From NCBI GenBank assembly GCA_963924565.1, contig OZ004609.1, positions 17,918,001 to 17,982,000 of the forward strand: 64,000 nt of DNA. The letters run 5' to 3'. Positions 43,101 to 51,539 of the stretch are shown piece by piece. The position numbers and the translations under genes were made by a program. The DNA comes from Ascidiella aspersa. Its lineage: Eukaryota. Below the pieces are notes generated by a model that was not told the origin of the DNA, did not search any database, and saw nothing but the letters and a program-made list of their open reading frames with translations. Position 1 is the first letter of the stretch; each line of letters starts with the position of its first letter.

Positions 43101-46100
43101 ATCCAGTCAAGTCATTCGTAAAATAACTTATTCAAGTCAGGTCTTTTGCAAAAAATAACAAGTGAAGTCCCAGTCCAACTTAATTGCACTTAAGTCAAGT
43201 CATTCTTTACAACTACAACACTGATAATAGGTAAAACAATCGTGGTACGAAGAATGTTTTTTATAATGTCACTTTCGCCTTTTAGAGTAGTTTGCATCTA
43301 TAACGAACCTGTGCAAGAATATTCTAATGTTTTGACCACTTTAAAAGGTTTAAAATAAATATGTTTTATTAATAAATACATTTAACGAAAACATAACAAT
43401 AGAGTGTAATGGCCATTTACGAATAAATATGCACGTAGAAACACAACAAATGCTCGAAAAGAATCACAATAGAAACAAAAATGTTGAATCGGACATGTTT
43501 AAGCAGCTCTTGGTATAAATATTAAAAAAGGAACGTCAAGAAATAACAAAAAAGAGCGACGAACTACAAACTCTGTGGAATGAGGTATGTTGCAAAAGAT
43601 AAAAACGATGAACTTTAGTTTAGTACCAGCAACGAGAGCGGCACATGCCGCAGGTAATCCTCACTCCGCGGATGCGCGCGTTCTGATATCTCCACTTTCT
43701 TCTACGGCGCATTGTTCCTCGTCGTTTTCTTGTCATTCCGCTCTTTGTTGCTCTTTTGGTGCGAGAAAATTCTAAAGGAAAAAAGAAATACGTGATTGGT
43801 GACGAAGGCATAATTTATTTACGGCAGGCGCTAGAACTCTGCACAGTGTGACTCGCACAGACATTCCCAGCACAGAAATAATCAGATTAACCACAAACCC
43901 GAGCGAAAGTTCCGAAAATAAACACGACATATACATCAAGTTACTTGTTTTGAGCGGCTTTCACACGACTTAATGCGATGATTATCCGGCGGTGAATTCC
44001 ACCGTATAGCTATTATTTCATTCGCTTTTAAGTCATCTTATCTTCAAGTGTAATTGTAAATATACCTTCTTCGTCCGAGATGCTTCTCTTTGTCAACACG
44101 CCAGTGTGGCAGCGGTGTACCAACAGGTTACACTTCATCTTAACAATAAAGCCGCATCGTTGCTGCAATTGTTTCTTAACATGTTTCCTAAAAAGAAGAA
44201 GAAAACATTCGTTTTAGACTTGATTTACCCAAATTAAGCAACCTGACTGCGTGTTTAGCATTGCTTTAAACGTCAGGGTACTATATAAATTCATTGCATA
44301 TACAGTACTTACTTTGAAAATATTTTATCCGGCTTTCCCACTCTTCTTGTCACAAGGGATCCAGTTGGGGTTTTGCCTCTTCTGCGACGCCTGGCTTCCC
44401 CAGGCATGACAAGGAACAGCAAGGCAAGTACAAGGCATAATAACACGCATTGACTAATTCCGGACATGACAGTGTTTTACGTATTCTTATAATCGCGTAA
44501 AGGTTTGCTGTGGCATTCCCGGCGAGTCTATGTTGCCACGTGGTGCCAAACGTCTTTTATAGCCACCGCCTTTTTTCTCACCGGTTCAAAATCGATCGCC
44601 CGGGGAATTTCGTACTGCGACCGTAAAAAAGCGCGTCAAATCGATAGGTTGTCGTTTCAAAGGCCATTTCCGCCTAAATAATTACAAAAAAATTGTTTTT
44701 CGATTAGCTTTATTGCTTTGGCAAAGAGTAGCTAAAAGGCCGAATTAACTTTGGGGAAATCAGTTATCTTTGCCAGAATTCGCACAAATACGAATTCTCA
44801 AGTAAACCAAGTGGCAAATTTACTTACATTCGATGGTAAGTCCAACATATAATAGTCATGGATTATTAGATGATGTGGTACAAAGTTTGTTTCTTCGTTC
44901 TAAGTTGATATACGTTAGCAATTATACATTTTATTCTGTAACTTGTCTGGTTTGCATCATTGATCTACTGAGTCGCTTATTCTGTCGAAGGCTTTCGGTG
45001 TACAATTATGTTTTTTAATTATTCTTTTGAACGTAGCCACTCTACAGCAAATCTACTGTGAGTTTGTGGAAAAACTCAATTGATCTTTAATTTGTCAGCA
45101 TGACGTAGTTTGCTGGGTAATATAATGACCAATAAGGCCCTTTGGAATGTGTGCACCCTCATTTAATGCGACATTTTTACGCATTAGATCAACACGCATC
45201 AGGGCAAAAATCCAATTAGTTTGGGGTTTGCGTCACTGGAGAGCGTTATTCGACAAATCAATCTTTGTTTGATATTGCTAACATCCAATGTGGTTACGTA
45301 AAATGTCGAATGGAGCGTTTTGCTTCGTTTGTTTGCACAGAAAACAAAAGAGCTTACTCACACAAGGCACAAACAAAGGCGACGTAATTAGGGTCTTCCC
45401 CCGAAGGTGTCGTCAAACCGTTCCGCGTGAACTTGAATCCCATAGTTTCCTTCGAAGAACAAAGCTGGCAGCAGCACTTTCTCTTTTATACGTTGGTGGT
45501 GATTAATTATAGGTTGTTTCACTATAGGTAGGGCGGGCGAAAAAGTTGTTTTTACCTCGTTCGATCTTCGTGACCTGCTTAAGCACATGCTTTGTCAAGC
45601 ACAACAAAGAATCACACAATGTTTTTACCGATGACTGGTTTGATTGCGAAACTTGCGCGTATCAAAAACGAACACAAAATAAAATTTAGCCAAAGCTACA
45701 GATTTAACGTGGCATGACCAGCATACGAAGCTTATCGCGCTGCCGATATACTTTCGTTAAAAATTTCGCAAGTCCAGAAATTAGTCACCCAGCATTTCGT
45801 CAGATTTCCCATAAAGCTTTGTTATACGTCACTGATGTTGGCAGCTGCCCTGTACATTAGTAACGTATGCTTTGTTGGTTTTGCCTTGGGCACTCAGAGA
45901 TATAGTATGTGGCAAAAAAAGCTTGTACTCCACTGCGTATAGTGGTTTTGCGATTTAAGCGATGCCTGGTTTCATTAAAAAGGCATTTGTTTATCCTATA
46001 CCGTAATGTAATTTACCTGAAAATAACTCAACCGTATTTCACGAATAGCAACATTTCATGATATTTAAATCATTATAGGAAAAAGTTATGAGAAATACAC

Positions 46101-49100
46101 ATTTGCGGACTTTGTACAGCAAACGGCCTAAAAGCCCGAAGCTTTCCTGTTAAAATAACATAGGTTATATATAGATTTTACCGTTGTGTTTTGTCCGTTC
46201 GTTCAGGGGCTAAAAAGTGTGATGCTGTACCTTTAAAGATGCTTTTACCGATTTAATGATGTTTAAACAGCTTTTATCAAAAGCAATACGAGTGCACTTA
46301 TCTTTCCTTCCAATCAAACCCCTAAGGAACCGTGAACGCTACCGATTGAGTTTTGTGTGCCTTAAAAGCTCTGTCGTTATATCGCGCAAAATATATGGTC
46401 GTGATTTTCAACCTTTCATGACTGATGAAAAACTGAAATGAAAGCTATATTTTTGCACTCTCGCTTAAACAAATTAAAAAAAACGATGGACGACAATGGA
46501 CGCTGGAGATATAGGACTTGTTGGCATTATGTCTGATGTTATTCAGATTTCTAAATCACAGAGCCTTTAGGTTTTTCTATCTACCTCAACCCCTGTTAAA
46601 CGCTTTGTCGCTAGAAATGGTAGACCCTACAGTGTATGAATTATAAAGTAGAATAAGCACATTTTTGAAATTCGAACTTCACATCAACGAAGTTGTATGC
46701 AAACTAATTTTTTTGTTATACAATTGCCACGATTAATCTCTAATGATAAAACAAAAGTTATGGGATCAACTGGGCCTTTCATATACTAAACGGTCTTTCC
46801 CTGCTTTCCGGGAACCGGTTTCTAAGCCATAAACATATCTAACCATCTCAGGCCAACCGTTGCAAAAAGTTAAAATGTAAGTAAAGAAATAGAAACCTTA
46901 AAATCATTTGTTTCTTTACAACTTAGAAAAGTTCATTTATATTATTTTAGTTTAGAAATAAACTCGTCGGTTTAACTTTTTATTGTTTTTTGTCGCATTT
47001 AAAAAAATCACCTGTCGTCAAAAAAGTATACAATGGTATTAGGTGCTCATAAAACTAATATAAAGTTATTGTATTAACCTAAGAAAAGCGCACCTTCGGC
47101 ATTCATTTAATTGGTCATCTTGTTTGCTATGCTATATGTTGTTGAATAAGTTTGCAATACTTTTAGATTTGTTGATTAACTTTTGTCACGCAAACGACAT
47201 ACATATTTTTAAACTTTGAACGTTTCTCGAGGTGGAAATGGATTGCAGACTTATTTGAGCGATAACAAACATAGATCTGCGTTAGATGTATTAAAAATAC
47301 TATTGAACCGACGTTTCAATATTAATAAATAAGGCCTTTATCCGTAAACGAACCCAAGAATAGTAGAGATGTGAGATTGGCTATGTATATAAAAACTAGC
47401 AGAAGCCAATCATTTTCAAGGCTCGACTAGCAGAAGCACGCTCGAACGTGTACTTAGCGCCTGCACGGCATACCGGAGCACCGGCTTATACCGACGTTTG
47501 TTGCTGTTAGCCACAACTTGCCAGTCCGCATTTTTTCCGTTCAACTTTCGTAGCGTCCTGCTGGTGAGAGTCATGATGAATTGCAACTCCCCCTTGACAT
47601 AATATCGGCTTGAACATGAGTAAATGTCGCATTGTATGCGGAACAAACTAGTGGTAATATTACTATTAAAAAATCGTGCACCTAAAAGTCATATTTCAAT
47701 AGTTTCCTAAAATGTTAAAATGCATTTTTTTGCGTTTGTTGTTTTGTTGCTTTCCCGTATTTTTTATTTATTTATTTGAATAATTTACATTACAAATAAA
47801 TTCTGAAATGGCTTTGTTAAACTGTATTGAAAATCTTTGATATTTTAAAGGAGCGATGCATTCTACTATTAAAGTGTTTGTGAAGGATCTGTAAAAATAA
47901 AGAGTAAGCAATATTCCAGGCGGACGTAAAGAATTTCTCCTTGAGCTTAGTTTACTTGAAATGTGTTTACATGACGTATGATTTGTACTTAAAACAGCAC
48001 CTGTTCTGATTGACAGATGTTGTGCAATTTTTCTTGTTCTTGGTTGAATGCTTTTCACTCGTCCGCGAATAGTGAGTTTCTCATTGGTCATTCAGTCACA
48101 TTCCGGAGAAAATGGGTTGTCAAAAAAATGTTGTTTTTTTCTGATGACAAACTGCACGTTTGTTAGTTAATTTAGGGAAGCCAAGAAAAAAATTTACGTG
48201 TTTTTTTATCAAGTTAAATAGGTGACGTTACAAACTTTGTTGTGTAACTTTGGATTTTTTCACAAATATGTGTTGGACAACAGATTCTGCCCTATGACGG
48301 AATATAACTGTTGCATAACGCAGACAAAAGGCTGGGCCTTTATGTTTTACCTGACAAACTTATTTCACTGTGACTTTTTCGCGCTTTATATTTCAATAAT
48401 TCGTAGAAGTCTGCTATAAAAACATCTATAGTTTAATTTACGCATGGGCAGAATACAAATCTTATATTTAGTTTGTTTTCACCAGACTATTACTCACAAG
48501 ACGTGTTTAGTCTGTATCTTGTAAGACTTATAAGAGAAAATGCACTCTGAGAAAAAATATCAGTGTGATTTAACACCTAACGGTTATAGAAAAAGCTACA
48601 CAAATTATCACAACCAACAGACAAATCGATATAATGTAACTTTTGATACGTTACTTTTTGTTAAATGGTAGAACAAATAATATGTTGCTGTTTAAAAATT
48701 TAACACGACCTTAACGAACCGAAATTTCAGTAAATTTATTTGTAGTTTTTAGTTTTTAATACAAATATTTCAAATTATTATGATAAAGCGTGAAATTAGC
48801 CCTATATAACCAACTTGGTAGTTTCAAACAGTGTGGAAAAGACGACATTTAAAAAAAAAATTAATGAAAATAACCATTCCTTCAGTCCTAATAAGTTTAT
48901 CTTTTCAATTGTTTAGATGAAGCTGGTTCGGCGGCGACCGAATATGGTAGACCACCTCGATTTCTCTATGACGACCCATCACATTTCGGAGGAGCCGTCG
49001 GACGGTGTCATAGGTCAATTTTTAAACGCTGATGTTCGACTTGAGGAAGGCGATCAGGATATGGCATACATGGAAATTAAGTAAGTTTCAAAACAATCTT

Positions 49101-51539
49101 ATTTTGCCATGCGAAAAATAAATATTTTATGTGTTACACTGTCTTAAATTTTAGCGATGTTATACCTTTTTAGAAAAGTTTACCATTTTTTGGTGTTTGA
49201 TTGTACTTACACAAACGCCAACTCCTATTTTACGATCTAAACGCATGTTTTTAAATTGAATTTTGTTAAAAGGCATACCCAGTCTCGTATGTTCAGTAAT
49301 TAAGCAAGAGGTTGTATGAATCGTCCATTCGTTCGGCTTTCGCCCACACAGTTATTTTTAGGCCTGGGCATTTTTCAAAAATAAGTTGTCTCTGTGTGTA
49401 AGTGTTAGTGTTTAGTGTTTCTATAAACTGGAAAGACGATGCAACTTAACGTCACTCACAAAGAAAATAGATCAAAAGAAAAAGTTCCACTTTATGGCGA
49501 CTGTGATGATTGCTGATTGCGTTTCTACGAAAAAATTCCTGGCCTCTCTTTCTCTCTCTCTTTTCTTTTCTCTCCGTTGATCTTTTTCGGTAGACCACCA
49601 TGATCTTGACATAAACCGGATGTTTTTTTAAAAGCGTTATTAAAAGTTTTTAACACTATATTTCGCTTTTGTTTACGGGTATGATAACTGTTACCAGTTT
49701 TCAATTATGTTTTATTATTGATTTTGACATGAACCATTTTCGCATAGGAATTTAGTGTTTTTTTTTAACTGAAAATGTCGAGCCTTGTTTCTGTTATGTT
49801 TGACGTTTGAACATACAGAGCAAATGGTAACACTTCTGTTATCCGTATCGTTTGGCATTTGAACACCAGTTATTGGCCACCAAACTAAAATGATCCGAGT
49901 TTTCTTGTCGGCATCGTTTCCGCCTGGGCGGTTAACGAGCTTTTCTCTTCTTAATGTGACATAAAAGCTGTTACGTTTATCCGTACAAAGTTCCTGCCCG
50001 ATGGCGTTGTTTTGTTCTTCGCCACGCCAGTATGTGACGCAATTCGAAACGTTCAGATTGCACAGGAAAAGTTGACGCCCCTGGCACCGGTATTTTGCTA
50101 GCCTCAGACACCCGTAGCTTTGAAGCACTAATATTAATATACAGTGTCGCGTTGGTGTAATCAAAAGCATGGCTGTAAGCAACAAAGCATAGGCTACTGC
50201 CGCAAGGTAATATAAAGCACTATTTAAAGTTATCTTGTTCTATTTGCTTAATAAATCTCCTAATCCACAGTAACGGTATTATTTGATATAATCATCTCTT
50301 GTAATATAGTTTTTGTGTTTTAATTCAAGCGAAGTCTATATTCGGTCTACGAACAATTTCTGCTGTTCGATATGCCACCAATAAGCGACACTGCAAACTT
50401 GTCATTATGTTTTCGAGCGTGATATGTACACGTAAAAAATCATAAAGCAATGCAATAAGCAACTAAGGGCGGAAAAAAAGTAACCGTTGCTATAAGTGCA
50501 AGACAACACAACCGTTAATCTTTTTTTGGTACTTCCAACAATCCAAACCTTAGCATTAATGACAATGGCGCTCGCAAGCCTGAAACCACCGAATAGCATT
50601 GAAGTTTGCAAAGACACGCAGTGATTGCCGCAAAGCGGTTGCCGCTGAGATTTAATATCTTTGGACTTTGGAATTTCCGTTTGTTAAACCGACCGAATTT
50701 ATCCGCGCTATACCTTTTGTATAGTTTATTGTACCTTGGCGTTATACCGGTAGCAAAATTCAATCTTAGTACTTGTGTTTTATGATTTACTGGTAATAGA
50801 GTTATCGCGTTTTATTAATAACTTTTTATCAAGAAGATTGACTATATTAACCTATTTTCAACTATAGATTCGATCATGTGGTGAAGATCTTGGCACGAAG
50901 CCGATCAGGGAATTTCCATTTAAAACTGATAAATCATAAAACATTCAATGCTGACAAAGGGGTCTTACGCTATTTCGTTTATATATATTTGTCTGAGGAG
51001 TTATAGATGTGGAATTCAAGATCGCAAATCAAATGCTAAAATTTGGAGTCGTTATCAGTAGATTGGAATGCAGCAGTTTAAGGGACTTTTAGTTGTTTTA
51101 ACTATTTAGCTGGGCTAAGGTTTACGAAAGCGAAATTAGCCTTAGGCTGAACACCTTGTAGAATGGCGAGGAAACCGACCGTGCCGTCGGTATTAAACTT
51201 AACCAGAATTGTGCTGATGTTAAGACCGTGTAAAAACATATTTGTCTCGGTGAACTTATTCTACTTACCTTATCTGGTCGTGCTATGATAAAAAAATATT
51301 CAAATGTAAAAATTGCGATTAAAAAATATATTCTATTGCCATCGTTTTTATTTTTCAGTTCTTGCTTTGGTATGGTCAGCAAGGCAGTTCGACGTGATCC
51401 GGTTACAGATACCCGTCTCACATGTTGGTTTTCCTATGGCAACGCTCGCGACCTTATAAGAGGCAATCATCAGCGCTATCTGGTGGAAGAACTTTTCGAA
51501 ATTCCGCAGTACCAAACTTCCACAAGGGGGCAATGCTAG
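11189..51539 (+). CDS. Secreted VWA7-like / inter-alpha-trypsin inhibitor heavy chain (ITIH)-like chimeric protein, 29 coding exons, about 1622 aa
   Basis: Exons, all GT-AG and phase-consistent, total 4869 nt: 11189-11712, 12631-12763, 13266-13396, 13929-14061, 14806-14955, 15191-15299, 15458-15590, 19166-19337, 21995-22232, 26740-26787, 27313-27455, 27627-27786, 28125-28236, 28442-28622, 31716-31850, 33777-33958, 35831-35980, 36227-36377, 36626-36821, 37170-37290, 37355-37538, 38043-38246, 38896-38985, 39425-39549, 40789-41095, 41585-41728, 42394-42561, 48917-49080, 51359-51539. Signal peptide MRLVFVVLVVACFW. vWA-1: FVIDDTGSMG, VLVPFNDP, GGGDAPELC, ITD. VIT: SRFAETVVTS...LTYQQLLRR. vWA-2: FVIDTSGSMSG, SDG. 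Then ERLWAFLKIKELL, YNFVTPLTSLVV, GDPHFVV, CFNWDG, GVIGQF and CWFSYGN...LIRG. Confidence 0.88.
24475..25389. mobile_element. hAT-type non-autonomous element, 915 bp
   Basis: Perfect 8-bp TSD GTTTAGGC (24467-24474, 25390-25397), imperfect TIRs CAGACCTTGGGC and GCCCAACCCTG, subterminal GGCCCGC motifs. Second copy at about 520-1020. Confidence 0.82.
29370..29415 (+). mobile_element. Degenerate tRNA-derived SINE-like fragment
   Basis: GGTCCCGGTATTACCGGAGGTCATGGGTTCTTCCTCACTGCAGGCC aligns with 32925-32970, which retains a B-box-like GAGTTCAAACC. Confidence 0.45.
29783..29848 (+). repeat. Short tandem repeat (TAATCTAATTTAGTC-like, about 4 copies)
   Basis: TAATCTAATTTA is repeated four times in tandem. 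Confidence 0.75.
30783..31285. mobile_element. hAT-type MITE
   Basis: TIRs CAGGGATGGCGAA (30783-30795) and TTCGCCATCCCTG (31273-31285). Flanks ACCTATA / ACCTAGTA resemble a decayed TSD. Confidence 0.78.
32925..32970 (+). mobile_element. tRNA-derived SINE-like fragment
   Basis: GGAGGTCGTGAGTTCAAACCTCAC resembles a tRNA T-arm/B-box. Homologous copy at 29370-29415. No complete cloverleaf. Confidence 0.45.
37578..38006. repeat. GAGTC/GACTC-rich dispersed repeat family (MITE-like)
   Basis: TGCGGAGTCG start, ...CTCCGCATCCCTG end and many internal GAGTC/GACTC units. Related segments at about 29261-29350, 30405-30435 and 30618-30675. Confidence 0.65.
39965..40665. mobile_element. Foldback/MITE element with inverted arms of about 190 bp
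   Basis: Left arm (about 39968-40157) TGTTGACAAATTGTATTATACTG.TGACGAGCTTTCGC...AGGCGCACGTTCGCTAAA is the reverse complement of the right arm (about 40473-40662) TTTAGCGAACGTGCGCCT...GCGAAAGCTCGTCA.CAGTATAATACAATTTGTCAACA. Confidence 0.88.
41181..41494. mobile_element. hAT-type MITE
   Basis: TIRs CAGTGCTTTTCAACC and GGTTGACAAGCACCG; TSD AATTGTAT / AATTATAT (7 of 8). A related end occurs inverted at about 29156-29199. Confidence 0.78.
43065..43223. mobile_element. Short hAT-type MITE (CAAGTC family)
   Basis: TIRs CAGCGTTGTA and TACAACACTG; TSD GTAATAGG / ATAATAGG. Shares GAAGTCCCAGTC and CAAGTCATT with 2426-2809. Confidence 0.72.
43620..44467 (-). CDS. Nested antisense gene: secreted, highly cationic six-cysteine pro-peptide, 142 aa, 3 exons, family unknown
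   Basis: Minus-strand exons 44467-44313, 44187-44066 and 43771-43620, with canonical donors (GTAAGT, GTATAT), pyrimidine-rich acceptors and compatible phases (2, then 1). Translation: MSGISQCVLLCLVLALLFLVMPGEA RRRRRGKTPTGSLVTRRVGKPDKIFSKKHVKKQLQQRCGFIVKMKCNLLVHRCHTGVLT KR SISDEEEFS RTKR ATKSGMTRKRRGTMRRRRKWRYQNARIRGVRITCGMCRSRCWY*. TATAAAA at 44561-44555 and AATAAA at 43370-43365. Confidence 0.8.
44555..44611 (-). promoter_or_regulatory. Putative core promoter of the nested peptide gene: TATA box plus kappaB-like site
   Basis: GGCTATAAAAG on the minus strand about 90 nt upstream of the ATG; GGGGAATTTC at 44602-44611. Confidence 0.5.
49715..50170 (-). CDS. Nested antisense ORF, 151 aa, cysteine-rich, possibly secreted; candidate paralog of the 43620-44467 peptide
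   Basis: Longest unexplained ORF in the window. Acceptor CTTTGTTGCTTACAG is directly followed by CC-ATG (50170). Hydrophobic N-terminus MLLITPTRHCILILVLQSYG; contains RCQGRQLFLCNLNVSNCVT, a KR site, ITGVQM and TICSVC. Confidence 0.55.
   Translation of the reverse strand: MLLITPTRHCILILVLQSYGCLRLAKYRCQGRQLFLCNLNVSNCVTYWRGEEQNNAIGQELCTDKRNSFYVTLRREKLVNRPGGNDADKKTRIILVWWPITGVQMPNDTDNRSVTICSVCSNVKHNRNKARHFQLKKNTKFLCENGSCQNQ

Larger units (their letters stand above)
28181..51539 (+). other. ITIH-like half of the chimeric gene (VIT, vWA, hybrid region, GDPH site, ITI C-terminal domain)
   Basis: Diagnostic ITIH motifs: RFAETVVTS.V.N, LP..AFI, GYFAHF, PKLVVFVIDTSGSMSG.KI.QTK, IGFG, FLKKLAL.NGG, FFEEVAN, GSEVVLAGR, ERLWA, FVTPLTSLVV and GDPHFVV. 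Confidence 0.92.

Noticed and set aside
47416-48091. Two minus-strand ORFs (76 and 107 aa) between the nested peptide genes
   Set aside because: No signal peptide, no family Cys motif and no consistent splice model.
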